A DNA stretch of 61,536 nucleotides, filler included, from Circinaria calcarea (taxonomy: Eukaryota): assembly GCA_051942165.1 (NCBI GenBank). It is 10 parts of 10 records of this genome, joined end to end, with 100 filler letters (N's around TTAATTAATTAA, not from the genome) between each part and the next. Parts side by side here need not be neighbours in the genome. Positions count along the whole stretch, not along the records: positions 1 to 6,076 come from JAVECS010001680.1; positions 6,177 to 12,251 come from JAVECS010001681.1; positions 12,352 to 18,425 come from JAVECS010001682.1; 7 more parts are not named here. One strand, given 5' to 3'. The notes under the pieces were generated by a model. The model had not been told where the DNA came from, did no database searches, and saw nothing but the letters and a program-made list of their open reading frames with translations. Made by a program: the position numbers and the translations under genes. This document shows positions 1-12,718 of the stretch, in pieces (the first letter of the stretch is position 1; the number at the start of each line of letters is the position of its first letter).

Positions 1-1611
1 GTGGGAGGGGGTGGGGTGTTTGTCATTTTTGACGGCGCTGGCTGTGAAGTTTTGGTGAGGTTGGGTTGGGCTGGGTTACGAGCGCGGTGGTAGATTTAGG
101 ATTTGGGTGGTTATGTGGGGGTATTCCAAAAATTGACATGGGAAAATGGTTTACAGTACTTCGTATGAAAATTCCTTCATGCAGAGAATGTCCATGTGCT
201 TGAGAGTAATATAGTCCATGTACCTTGTGTGTAAATAATTCTCATTACATCTCACTAATGTAAAAGGTCTGTGATGCCTTCACCCGTCAGCCTTATGGAG
301 AGAGAGTGCCTGTCGGAGATTATCAACAGTTTGGATGTCCGTTATGCATTACTCTATTCGATTCCCCCGGATCCAAAGGTCCCTGCACACCAACCAACAT
401 GCATCAAACCTTAATTTATTTTTATGTCGATGCAGGGTTCTCCAATCTTCCGGAGCAAGATCCAACGCTTCTGGGCCACATTTCTGGAACGCGCCATCTA
501 AAACGGTACAGTACCTGCATTCTCGTATTACCAATTTGGTTCGTATCATGAAGGGGACAACCGGACCTCTCCTGGTTGAATGGAAATGCTGATACGACAG
601 AGCAAGCATTTCTTCTGGGACACTTGGGCAAAAGCTACTTATATCCACGAGCAATGGTCCGATGCTGGCTGGAATCTGGCCTATTTTACCATACCGGTTA
701 CGATACCATGGTTCGGTGGACTTGGAAACCACACGATTGGGAACTCTTGCGGCGATTCCGGCGTACTATCAATCAACTATAGCGTTCAGAACTATACACT
801 CTACGAATTCACCTCGGTATTGGCGTTTCTTGGCTGCAATAGTGACCTCGGCCCAGGGCTGACGCCTTTCCCACTTGCCGTGCGCATCTACGTCGGCAAT
901 CGCTTCTGGTCGCCTCTCCCGGGATCTTTATTGCGAACACGATGGGGCTTTTAACGTTTCTCCTGTCAAATCATATGCAGGTGCGAGGTGGTGGCCCCAA
1001 AGACGAACGTCTGGATCCTTGTCTTCCTCGCCATTTACCCCTGAGAGACCCGTACCACCAACTCGAGCTTGACTACTCGCAGACTGATACTTTCGGTTTG
1101 AGCGAGGAACAAAGTTTGAGGCTTTGCACTTATTACCGCCCGACAAAACCTTCCTACGGTCTAATCCCCAACTGCCCTTGCCTCTCATATCCTATTGAGT
1201 CTGTTAAGGCACGTGGCAGGGATTACCGCTGGGGATAAGCCGGTGGTATGGAGCCGTCTTCAACCTCAGATCCCCGTACCACATTGTGCGTCTTGAAAGC
1301 AGGGAACCTCTTCCCCACAAGGGACACCAGGGGCATCTGATCTCCCCTTTTAGGATCCCGTGGGCCGTGAACCCCGGATAGAGTAGGTCCTCGTACTTAT
1401 ATACGTAATACCCGACGTGTCTACAAAATGCATCTTTAAAACCCCTGCTGCCCTCTCGAAGCCTCTTTGATTTGTGTTGTGTACCTATCTTTGAAGCCCG
1501 TTGCTTCCTGTCTGTCCTTTACCACATTCATTACAAGCATACTGTAAAAAAGCTTTCTGGAATTGCCTATTGCCATATACTCGCTCTAAATACTCCTTGC
1601 CATATTATAAA

Positions 1612-3277
1612 ATGCAGCTCAATCTTGTTAATATCGTCTTTGCGTTGGCTGTTGCTGGCGTCTCTTCTGCTCTCCCATATGAGGATGGACATTTTTATAG
1701 CTTCTTGGATAAACGCGCTTTAAGCACCGATGCGACCTGCGGCAACGTTGGAGCGGGAGGTAATAAAGGACTAACTTGTGATCCAAATCTGGGATTTGGC
1801 GGAGGCTGCTGTTCAGGTGCGGGCTGGTGCGGTTTGTCACCCTTATCAGGACAAAGGAGCTAGATTGCTAATTTGAAATAGGGAATTCAATTGAATACTG
1901 TGGGGCTGGATGCCAATCAGCCTTTGGTACCTGTTCTGGGTCCGACACTCCGCCTAACGTTGGTGGAAACGGAGCTGGGACTTGTGGACCTGCATTCAAT
2001 AACGCCCAGTGTCCTACAGGACAGTGTTGCTCCGCTGCAGTATGAAAGCCGACTCAGGTTAGAAGAGAACCGGGCTAATGACACGATAGGGATATTGTGG
2101 AACCACTCAAGCTTACTGTGCTGATCCCGACTGCCAGTGGCGGTACGGTACCTGTGACTCGAGCACCACACCTGCAGGAGCTTCGACCTTGACCGACCCT
2201 CGACCACTCCTAGGAAGTGTGTCTTATGACAATGATATCTACGACTGCACCCAGAACAGTGTAGTGGCTCTAACTTACGACGACGGTCCATATCTCTATA
2301 CCAACGAGCTTCTCGACATCCTGAAAACATATGGTTTCCACGCTACGTTCTTCATCACGGGCAACAACGTTGGCAAGGGCCCAATCGACACCACGGCATC
2401 ATACCGATCGACAATCCAACGGATGATTGCCGAGGGCCACCAGGTCGCGTCCCATACCTGGTCCCACTACAGTCTATCCCAGATTCCGTCAGACATGCGC
2501 AAGCAGCAGATGGTCAAGAACGAGCGGGCACTGGCTAATATTATCGGCAAATATCCCACGTACATGCGACCACCATATTCTCAATGCAGCGCGGAATCTG
2601 GCTGTCAGGCAGACATGAAGGCTCTAGGTTATCATCGAATATCCTTTGACCTGGACACCCAAGACTACCTCAACCCATTGCCAACTCAAGTACAAAACTC
2701 CAAAAACATCGTCCAGGCTGCACTCGCCGTAGTAACAGAGACTGATTATCTTTCGATTCAACATGACATTGTGCAACAGTCGGTGACCAATTTGACGTCC
2801 TATTACTTTGACCTGATCAAGTCGAGAGGATGGAAAGGCGTGACAGCTGGAGAGTGCCTCGGCGATCCCCCAGCCAATTGGTACCGAACACCTCTGGGCG
2901 GATCTTCCAGTACTAGCATGACGAGCAGATCGGCAACGACCAGCATAGCCATATCCCCTGTCAACCCCCCACCAACGTCCCCCATGTCGTCAACTTCGAT
3001 AGCTGTCCCCACCGCCGCTCCCACATGCGTCGTGAAAGCTGGCAACTTCTGTGGCACGGTCGACCCTTTTGGCGACAAGCTCGGCTGCCAGAAGAGCTCC
3101 AGCAGCTGCTACCTGCAGTTGGCCAAGTGCCCTGAACTGGCCGGGAAAAAGAACAAGGCCAGCTGCAATACGTATAATCAGGTCTGCCAGAAGCTGACGA
3201 CGTACTGTTCGACCTGCGCTTCCACGTGCTCCAATACCGCATTTTCATCGACCGTTAACCGCAAGAGCAAATATTAG
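1612..3277 (+). CDS. Secreted chitin deacetylase (CE4/NodB) with two N-terminal CBM18 (hevein-type) domains, a Ser/Thr linker and a C-terminal Cys-rich domain; 3 exons
   Basis: Signal peptide MQLNLVNIVFALAVAGVSSA. Splicing introns at about 1832-1881 and 2040-2089 rebuilds two CCSxxGxCG...YC...CQ..(F/Y)GTC motifs. CE4 motifs present: TYDDGP, HTWSH, RPPY, DTQDY, LSIQHD. Confidence 0.93.
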
Positions 3278-3842
3278 AGGAATAGTCGCATCTAGAAGGC
3301 GTTGGGACTTTTCATGTACATTATAGCCTGTTACTAACATGCTAGTTTTAAGAGAGACAAGCAGATATAGAGACGTTAAATTTATGGTGCATCAATCTTC
3401 TCATGACTTGCATTGTTCTGACAATGGATCGTATCTGGTATCACGTTTAGTGTAATATTTCAGTAGGTTATGACAGTCGCATTGACTGTGTATTGTGAAG
3501 ACATATAACCTACTACGAGTCCACCGTGAGTCCCGGCAATCTTCCGGTAAGGTCATGAAATGCATCTAAGCGGAAGCTGATAGACATGGTTGGTCTCCTG
3601 AGCTCGGGTACATCTCAGGCTTGTTGCCACTGGTAAGCGTAGCCGAGTCGATATGATATGGCCGACATACCCACTTATTTATTAAAGTACTGCGAATAAT
3701 TTTCTAATTCGCCCAAATTTCGAGATCCCTTTGGAATACTACCGGATTATAGACGTCGATCTTGTCGGAAATACTCGCACATGTTGCGAGGCCAGCACCC
3801 TCTAAGATGACGACCGCCGGTTCACCGCCTCTCAGGCTCAAA

Positions 3843-5505
3843 ATGACACCGCGTTCACCTCTGACCTCCCTCGGGCTGGTCCTTTACTTGGCTACGGTGG
3901 CAGCAGCACATGAGCATCATGATGACAAGATACCCGAGGGAGAAGCGGTCTCACCAGACCCCATTGTTGGTGTACATTACCAGGAGTAGCTCTTCAAAGG
4001 GCTAACCTGGTATAGGATACAACTCTATGGATCCATATCGCCATCCAGATCTCGGCTTTCGGTCTCATCTTCCCTACCGGCATGGTGCTTGGGGTCAGTC
4101 TCCCATTATCTCCTTTGTACTCTCGTTCCCATGGTTCTCAACTGACCTCTCCGCTCACTAGATAATTCGATCCCGGTGGCACGTTCCTCTACAGACCCTG
4201 GGCGTCGTCGTATCTATAGTCGGCTACTTTCTCGGCCATGCTCATGGTGGACGGCAATTCGCACCTAACATACATGCCAAGTTCGCCTTCTCTCTTATGA
4301 TGATGCTCCTACTTCAGGTCGTCATGGGCATCTACCTCAAACTCCACTTGGAAAAGGGGATTCACGCTCGTCTGCGCCGATATGTTGTCCTTGGGCACGG
4401 GGTTGTGGGAAAGCTGATGCCCGTGGTCAGCTGGGTGCAGATGCTCTTCGGTGGCATTACGGCACTTGGGTTCTGCCGTGGCGATCACTTGGGTCAATGC
4501 CTTGCTCACTTTATAATGGGTAGCGCATTCATTGGTTATGGTATTGTCCTCACAATTATCCTTTTGGTCGGCCAGATCTGGCTCCAAAGGACCGGCCGAA
4601 GCCAGGAATTCTTCGATTCCCTTCTCATCTCAGCATGGGGTTGCGTCAACACCTTTACAGAACACCGCTGGGGAGGGCCGTGGGTGAAGAATGATTTACA
4701 ACATACAAGCATGGGTATCGTCTGGTGGTGCGCAGGATTATTAGGGATATGGCTGAGTAGGAGACGGGATGGACGACCAAAGCGGAATCTACTACCGGGA
4801 ATTGTGATCCTCATTACCGGATGGGCTATGAGTGCGCATCCCCAGGGTTTAGAACTCAGCACCATGGTTCATTCAGTATTCGGTTACACTCTCATGGCAG
4901 CGGGTGCAGCTCGGATTGTTGAAATATCATTCGTGGTCAAAGACCGAAACTCGGTGGATGAAAAAGACCCCGAAGAGAGTAACAGTTTTCAATTCCTAAC
5001 TCCTTTCGTAAGTCTCTTAATCCCACTTTTCTAAACCTATTCCTCAGGTATACATGACATCAAAATGGTAACAACTCTCCCCCCATAGCTCCTCTACGCC
5101 TCCGGCTTCCTCTTCATGGGCGCCACGGAAGAACAGATGGCCCTCCTGGCCTCCTCCCACGTCACGCACGTCTCCTACGTCCTCTTGCTCTACTCCCTCG
5201 CCTTCCTCCTCTTCCTCTTCGTCAGCATGCTGCTCCGGCTCTACGCCAACGCCGCGTGGCCTCTCTCCGCTTCCCCTTCCCTTCTCGTCAGCGAAGGCGT
5301 CCTCGCGCCGAAAAAGGACGATGGGGAGAATGGGATTGTTGTGGGAAATGGGAATGGGATTGGCATTGGGCATTTGGGCCGGGTGAGGGATGCAGAGGAG
5401 TTTGAGCTCGAGGGACTGATGAGCGATGCCGAGGATGCGGATGAGGTTAGTATCGGGAGTTCTTCGGCGGGTGGGGGTAAGAAGGAGACTCAGAGGGTTA
5501 GGTAA
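3843..5505 (+). CDS. YTP1: YTP1-like integral membrane protein (DUF2427/Ytp1 family); 4 exons
   Basis: Signal peptide followed by HEHHDD, LWIHIAIQ..FGLIFPTGMVLG, HLGQCLAHFIMGSAF, NTFTEHRWG, DLQHTSMG, FMGATEEQ. GT-AG introns near 3966-4015, 4095-4161 and 5008-5088. Confidence 0.88.
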
Positions 5506-5689
5506 GGGGTACGGGGTTAGTTTTGTTGGCTTTCCATCGCATTGGGTGATATGAGAAAGGGGGAATTTTTTTGCATGGCCGTTGCTAGCATAGCTTATGC
5601 GTATGGACCTATCTATACTTTAGCGGAGCTGGGAAAAATTACCATTTTGGAAAAGAAAAACTCGACTTGGAGATTTTCCTTTCCTAACC

Positions 5690-6076
5690 CTCATCCTCCT
5701 TTTTTTCTTCTTTTTTTTTCTTCTCTCCGAAAAAAGTCTCAAAGCCCCTCCCCCCCTTTCTTTTTGCACTTAGAAAATCCTCAAAACCCCCTATGCCCCT
5801 TTAGCCCCCCGGGGGTGCACATATAATGACGGACGTGATGGACATGATGGACGTAATGGAAATGCGAAATGTGAAAAAGTAGGAAACTCTGTACGTACGT
5901 ACGTACGTACAGTAAGTATATGAACATAAACATAACCAAATAAAATTGTAGCACTTTTTGCTTTTTGCTTTTTGCTTTATTAATGGTTATGGTTATGATG
6001 ATGATGATGCTCCTTTTTTTGGGTTTTTTTTATAATTTGGGGTTGGGGTTGGGAGGTTTGAGGATTAGGCGCACGC
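5690..6076. repeat. Low-complexity and microsatellite tract at contig end: (GTAC)n, (TTTTTGC)n, (GAT)n and homopolymers
   Basis: Read directly, e.g. gtacgtacgtacgtacgtac at 5891-5910. Confidence 0.8.
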
Positions 6077-6176
6077 NNNNNNNNNNNNNNNNNNNNNNNN
6101 NNNNNNNNNNNNNNNNNNNNTTAATTAATTAANNNNNNNNNNNNNNNNNNNNNNNNNNNNNNNNNNNNNNNNNNNN
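6077..6176. other. Artificial contig linker (N44-TTAATTAATTAA-N44)
   Basis: An identical 100-bp spacer with stops in all six frames recurs nine times. Confidence 0.99.
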
Positions 6177-6888
6177 CATGGCTTGCGTAGGGGGTTGGCA
6201 TGATCCATTTGTGATGAGGCTTGTGTAACCGTTTATAGAGGGTTGGGTGATGGAGACCCCTGTGGATCCAGTAAACGAAACAATCGGTAAAGGTGATGAA
6301 AAAAGGGAACTGCAAGACGTTGTACAGCCAAAAAGGGGCCTCTGAAGGTGCGTCGTAGAGCTTTGCGTAGCCCCGAACCTCGCCCAGGAAGAAGGGGACG
6401 GTGAAAACGGACATTATGGGGAGAGCAATCAGTGCTTGTCGGATCTCGAGACGAACTTGGTTCCTGAGGTATTTGGGATGCGTGAAAGTGGCATGGTCAA
6501 AGATGAAGTAGTAGGAAAGCGTGGCGCAGACGAAGTAGACCAGAAGGCCGAAGAGCCTGGGTAAGAGTCAGTGGCCCGACAGAAAGCCAGGAGGCAGTTG
6601 GAGGCGCCGGTACCATGTTATCAGATAGAGACTCAGAGTCTGCCTGCACGCATTGTCCCTGGGCCATGCACTCATGTAGGCAAAGTCGGAAGGCTCCAGC
6701 TGGAGGAATTGGCTGGCCGCATGATAGGACGTGGGCGCCTCGCGCATGCTTGTGAAGGTGGCCGTGGCGGCATCCTTGACGGCATCCTTGACGGCAGTGC
6801 TGGCCACGCTGGGTGATGTCGCCGGCAGCAGAATGGCATACAGTCGATCCAGGAGAAAGGTATCGAAGACCTCGAGAACGACGTCCAT
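6177..6888 (-). CDS. ERG3: C-5 sterol desaturase (3' end truncated by contig edge)
   Basis: MDVVLEVFDTFLLDRLYA start, SAWPRDN, histidine boxes HRGLHH and HKPHHKW, and TPYASH. One intron at about 6558-6613. Confidence 0.95.
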
Positions 6889-8439
6889 AAGAAACGGTAG
6901 CGCCTGAGCGGTCGGAGCTGCAACGTACGGCGATAAGTCAAAGGGGATAAAATACGAGCGAAGGAGGAATCCGGAGCCAAAAGCGATTGGCGCTAGGCGG
7001 GTGGGAATTGTGCGGGAAATTGGCGAAAGGTTTCGAGGTAGTCCCGTACCGTAAAGAGTACCGTACGGGAACCGGTTTTCTTTCTGGATTGTCCCCCCGC
7101 CATGGAAGAAGGAGAAGGAATCATGCAATTCTTTCCCCGTTTTTTTTGCGCCTGCGTGCGTGTGGCTGTGCGCCAGGGCGCAGTGAGGGTCCAAGCTCCC
7201 CCATCAACTAGCCCTTTTGGTCATAGTGGACCAATCAGAAAGGTGCGACAAACAGGACCCCTTGGACCCTGCAGCAAGATTGCCATCTGGGCCGTTACAT
7301 GTCACTAGCGCTTGTCGAAATACTTGGGTACATGATCTACAGGGACGATGGTTGTTAGCACAGTTTTCAATACGCCCCTACATACTCGGCGGAGATTCTA
7401 TAAAATTGATTAGATTAGATATCTCTCGGCTGTGTGGTTTTCCTACGAGTGAATGGTACGCTTTGGTCTTGTATAGCTGTTGTTTTGAAAAACCACGCTA
7501 CCAACTATAATCACCTACAGACCAAGTACAAAATACCTAGTTGTGCTAAGATGATCTCTGGTACAGGATATCCGACCTCATTAAGAAACCAAATGCCCTC
7601 GTATTCCTCTATCCTAATTTCCATCCCAGCCTACTCTGGCGGCCAAATAGGTACCCCACATGACCTTGGCGGGGCTAGCCGAGGCCGTTCCTGTCGATCC
7701 CTTGTCTCTCGCTTCTCGAATGAGTGCTCAATAAAAAGCCTCGGTCGAGTCGACGCAAACTGCCCCAATTCGTCAAGATCTTCCGGAATTCCTTGGCACT
7801 CTACCGAAGTTGAAGTTCTTCCGGGGCTCTATTTTCACTCACTACTTTTGTGGGTTAGGGGGCTAGAGTCGGGGTGCTTAGGGGTAGAAAAGGGTATATC
7901 TTGATGTTCGAGTAGATTACAAGTACCGCGAAAGTACTACTATACGCTATGACACTTTGAAAGTATCGGTGCAGTACTTTAAAAGTACTTCGGATTCAAG
8001 TACTTTTAGACCTTCGCCAGAGTCCTGGCATCCGGTAAATTCAGAATTTGCTTCCGACTCGACCGAGGTTTTTGGTGCTCCGTACTCCGTAGACAATTTC
8101 TGAGCTGTCAACCCTGACTTGTGGCTCGCTGCATCGCACGAGACTGCAAGTGTGGAGCCGAGTGCATTTCAACATGCTGCCCCGAGACGAATCAGGTCTA
8201 CCGTCGATATAGGCTTGACGCTTATCCGGCCCTTCAAAGGCACACGTTGGGATTGCGAGAATGACAAGCGCCAGAATGTTATTATAATGAACCAAATGCT
8301 CAGCAACGACGGTACAGTCGAGCCTCGCTGCTCGCGGCTACGTTGCCTTTTTGCTAACCACTCACCCTGACCGGCCGTCTCATCGTAAGCTCATCAGGTC
8401 GGATCATCGTGTAAAAGCCAGTCCGTTACTCAGCCCCAT

Positions 8440-9924
8440 CTAACTGTCCCGGAAGCCATACGTTTGCTCGTCGTTGTAGAGGCTACCATCGCTGCTCATG
8501 TGGTCCCGTCCTCGGAAATCGACCGCATATACCTCCTGCTGGTTGCTAGCTGAAACATCACTGCTGCCGCTACCGCTACCGCTACCGCTGCTGCGGCTGC
8601 TGCTGCTGCTGCGGCTTCGGACATTTTGTTCTGGACTCCGAGGACTACTCGAGATGGTAGATATTCGCCTGTCCTTGCCTCGGCCTTTGATACCTTTGTT
8701 ACTGTTCTTATACAGAGTGGAGAAATAGTCCCATAATTCCTTGTCCTGTGCTGAAACAGCATCTCCTTCCCTTATCGAAGCAAATCTGAAGGTTAGATTC
8801 CGTAGTGTATCGGTATGGAACTTGTTCTGATGCGACTACATGTCACTTTTAGCGCCTTCGGGCTCCAGAGATGCCGTGGTCAGACTGACCTTCAAGTTTC
8901 CGAGCTGAGTAAATTGTTTGCCGCAATTCTCGAGCTTGCAGGAAAATGGCTTGGTCTGCTCATGTACGATGCGATGAGCCCGGACATTCCCCCTTTGGGC
9001 GAAGCGTTTCCCGCAAGAATCACAGGAAAAGGGACGCTCGCCAGTGTGACGACGTTCATGTGTCTGCTGGCTATCAAAAAGGAAAACAGATCGAGATTCC
9101 GAGTTTCTCTCCATACCTTCAAATTTCCAAATTGCGAAAAGCGCTGACCGCAGGAAGGCTCCTTGCAAAGCTAGTTATTCATTAGCAACTCGACACAGGA
9201 CGAAAGTAACGGAATGACTAACGAAAGGCTTATAGCCTGTATGTGCCCGCATGTGTATATCAAGATGGGTCTTCTGGAAGAAGCTTTTGGCGCACGAAGC
9301 TATGTCACACTGATATTTGTTTTTATTCTTAGCCACGGTCTGGCTAGTGTCCACCGATGACATGCCCATGATAGACTCATCAATACCATTATAGCTGATT
9401 GACGTCTGCTTCGTCAACAAAAACTGTGAGGCGGTTTCTTGCAGTGATTTCGATTTGGATTTGGCTTTGGTCTGGATAGTCCGCACCAGAGTATCAACGT
9501 CCGTGACGAAACTGCTGCCGTGACTCGATCTAGGAGCAACGGTCGCTGGAGGTCTCGCCTGCAGCATCTCTACTATCTGTCTTGGGGAAGTGCCTTCCGC
9601 TTTCACAGACAGACTCTCATCGGCCATAGCAAGCGAAGTCCGAGTATCCCTAAACTGGGATGTGTTATGTGTGACAGTTAAAGATGGCGCCAACGTGACC
9701 GGCTGAATGCCATTCCCCGCAAAGCCATCCCAGCTCGGAGCCGTGAATTGGGGGAAATTGTAGTTGAGACTTGTACTTGCATAAGGCCATCCATATCCGA
9801 GTCCGGCGTAAGAACCGAGGGAATAGCTGACGTTGAACTGCGGTGTCATGACGCGTCGAGTTTCATAGCCCGATACGCGCTGCTGGCGGGGGCCTGACCC
9901 GATGGCGGCCATCGAAGGGTCCAT
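8440..9924 (-). CDS. AZF1: C2H2 zinc-finger transcription factor, AZF1 orthologue; 4 exons
   Basis: Four C2H2 fingers across introns ([65 protein letters not shown]), then the conserved [17 protein letters not shown]. Stop TAG at 8442-8440. Start codon uncertain. Confidence 0.9.
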
Positions 9925-12251
9925 GGTGAGGATGAGATGTAGAGGTGATTTCCGCACAGCTACCGAAATCGCCACTAGACCAGAGAACAGGTACTGAATT
10001 CGAAGAGTGAGCGTGGAGAAGATGAAGTTCGCCGTCGTACCGATAGTTGCAGCTCCCACCTTTATAGGTATCCGCTCCAGGAAAGCGAAGAAAGGCGACG
10101 CGTGATTAGGCCGAAGATGAGCAAGGTGCAAAGCAAGCATTGAAACGAAGCTGACAAGTCAGAAGGAGGTCCATGGTCGTGAAGGAGCGTTAGCAGATGG
10201 TATGTAAAGGTAACATGGCACGTTGTAGAAGGCGTAAAAGTGGTTGGGGGGAGCCACCGCATGCATCATCTGGCATTCGATACAGAGAGACCCCGAGCTA
10301 CGTAGATCGAAGGCTGGGCCTGGGTCGAGCAGCGACACCGTCAGCTCGTCTGCTACAGATTCAGTAGGTTGGTACAGCTGCAGGGATGAAATCTCCGATT
10401 GAGTGTTGACGGTCTTACCTTAGCACGAGGCCACCGGGGTAGCGAAGGGATCTAGGTACCTCGTCCAAGCAGTCCGGGAGCGGGACGGGTACCACCAGGC
10501 AGATCAAGCCACGCTGGATGCAGTAACATGTACTCTCGCAAGGCCATCGACCTACTGAAGGGTTGACCGATGCGAGCAAGCTCTCTCGATTGGAGGCCCT
10601 TTAGTACTGACACCTTGCCGGAGTTTAGGGTTGGGCTCCGGCCGAGGCGTGGGAAATATCCCTCCAGGAAAGCGGGATGGAATCGGTGATGGACACGGCA
10701 TGATGGTCCGTAGCGAGATTGTCCCCGAGCAGAATACAGGACTGTTGCTGACATCAAGGAGCGTGAGGCCGGAAAGCTCATGGGAGGGGAAGACGAGACC
10801 AGGGCACCATTCAAGCGAGTGTGGCTGCGGCGCGGCATAGTCCTAACGCTAGCAAACATGACCATCGAGTGGGGGAACTCGGTTGATCTGAAGCAGAGAG
10901 TAAGGTACTCCGGTAGAGTAGCTTCAACGATTTTCAACGATCAGAGCCCGTAAATGGACGGGGAGCAATCGAGGACGACGTAAGCTGTACGAGAGCCCGT
11001 CAAGAGGTGGTGATTCTTGCTTGAACTCCAAACGGTAGGCATCGCGATCCATTGTGGAAGCAGTCACGCAGGATTCTGATGGTGTGCATCGGGAGCAAAC
11101 GTGAGGCTTTCCAAAGGTGGAGGATGGCCGACGTGGGGGAAAGGCCGGAAAACGGGAAGCGGACCCCTTATCTTCAAGCCATCCCACTCGCCTCAGAGGT
11201 TCATTTGATCCAGACCCAAGATGGACGATGAGCTGACGGTATTAGCGATGATAACCTTAATGGCGCGATGCACATACGGGGGGCACGCGGGGGTACAGCC
11301 ATGCCGAACGCAGGTGAAGGTAAGGGTTTAGATGCAGGGCAAACCAACAGCATAAGGTAGGAGGTTACGACTTTGATGGTGGACTTGCCGCAGCTTGGCG
11401 ACTCCGATGGTTGACGCGACTTCGATGATAAAGACTCCGATAATGGGGTGTGAAATATTACCAACTCATAATACAAATTATATTGGAATATGATCGACTT
11501 CCACGGTCCCAAGATAACTCCCCATTAAAAAGAGTCGTGATTTTGGAAAGTTTAAATCATCGCATCGCGTTTATGATTTATTGTTCTTTAACAAGTATAT
11601 AGCGATTTTGTTCCGAGCATTTCGTAGCATTATACGGTGCATTTTAGGCAGAATCCACCTACCTATTTGCGTTATTACAACTCGCAAGGCGGTTTCGCTA
11701 ACACCAGATGCTTTCAAAAATCATAGTATACTTTGTAAATGCTTGCGCGCATAAAAGATCAAGGCAAGCTTTTTTCTCTAGAATTATACTGTGCGCTGAT
11801 GGAAATATTGGTAATATTTCATACCCCATCATCGGAGTTTCCATCGAAATCGTGCCAAGCATCGAAGTCGCTAAGCTGCCACCATTAAAGGCTCTCTTCT
11901 TAAGTTCGGCCGACCGGGTATGGTGAAGAATCGGAAGCCCATTTTCCGTCACCATCAGCGCAGGGTACACCGCTTTATGCAATGGCTAGAGGAGAGCACT
12001 CGGTCTGGTCCGGTAGGTAAGACGGCCACGGTAAGCTGGGAGCATACGGGTCAATCATTCTGATCCAGTCCCCTCTGCCGTCGTGCAGGATCACCTGTTC
12101 CGGGTACGGTCCGACAACTACATGTCCCCCGCATGTCGATGGTCCCCCGAGCGTTCGGACGACTTACCACTGCACTCGAGCACCCTTAGTGCGAGTGACA
12201 CAACTGATCCTTCGTGGGGAATCCATACCCTAGTGCGAGTGGGGGGAGGGG

Positions 12252-12351
12252 NNNNNNNNNNNNNNNNNNNNNNNNNNNNNNNNNNNNNNNNNNNNTTAAT
12301 TAATTAANNNNNNNNNNNNNNNNNNNNNNNNNNNNNNNNNNNNNNNNNNNN
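12252..12351. other. Artificial contig linker
   Basis: N44-TTAATTAATTAA-N44. Confidence 0.99.
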
Positions 12352-12718
12352 CTGGATGGTCCTTCTTGCTCAAGCCCAGAAGAGGTTTGAGATTCGAGTA
12401 GATGTCGCCTGGGAATCTAGCAGACAAAGCTAATGCATCCCCTCCATACACCCTCTCAGGGAAAAGATCAGAATCTGACGACGACGACTTCAATTTCAAT
12501 GGTTTGAATCCAACAGCGGCTGCTTCTTTCCGTTTGGAGTCTTTAGTCAAGACAATTTCGAGCGGGATGCCTGGCTTCACTAAGGCGGCCTTGATATACT
12601 CCGTTCCAAGGTCGATTCCTAAAACCGCAGAAGCTGCCGAAGCTGTGGATATATAGATCACTATAAGGAAGAACAGGATGAGTGGGCTGGCATTGCGCCG
12701 ACGACCTGGGGGTGGCAT
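12352..12718 (-). CDS. LHS1: ER lumenal Hsp70-family nucleotide-exchange factor (Lhs1/Grp170), 5' part only
   Basis: Signal peptide then AVLGIDLGTEYIKAALVKPGIPLEIVLTKDSKRKE and ERVYGGDALAL..RFP. Confidence 0.93.

Noticed and set aside
306..1238. Overlapping short ORFs, e.g. 580-954
   Set aside because: No recognisable motifs or consistent splice model. Possibly a decayed gene, but unsupported.
6121..6132. Recurrent TTAATTAATTAA every ~6.16 kb as a biological repeat or CRISPR-like array
   Set aside because: Always embedded in N runs; it is a six-frame-stop assembly linker.
6950..6960. CTCGTAT as a sterol regulatory element upstream of ERG3
   Set aside because: Imperfect match to TCGTATA, probably within the 5' UTR, and too short to support.
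8496..8762. Poly-Ala and Leu-Pro repeat ORFs
   Set aside because: Shadow frames of the Ser/Gly microsatellite in the last AZF1 exon.
9925..12251. Several 60-160 aa ORFs upstream of AZF1
   Set aside because: No domain signatures; consistent with a long transcription-factor promoter or 5' region.
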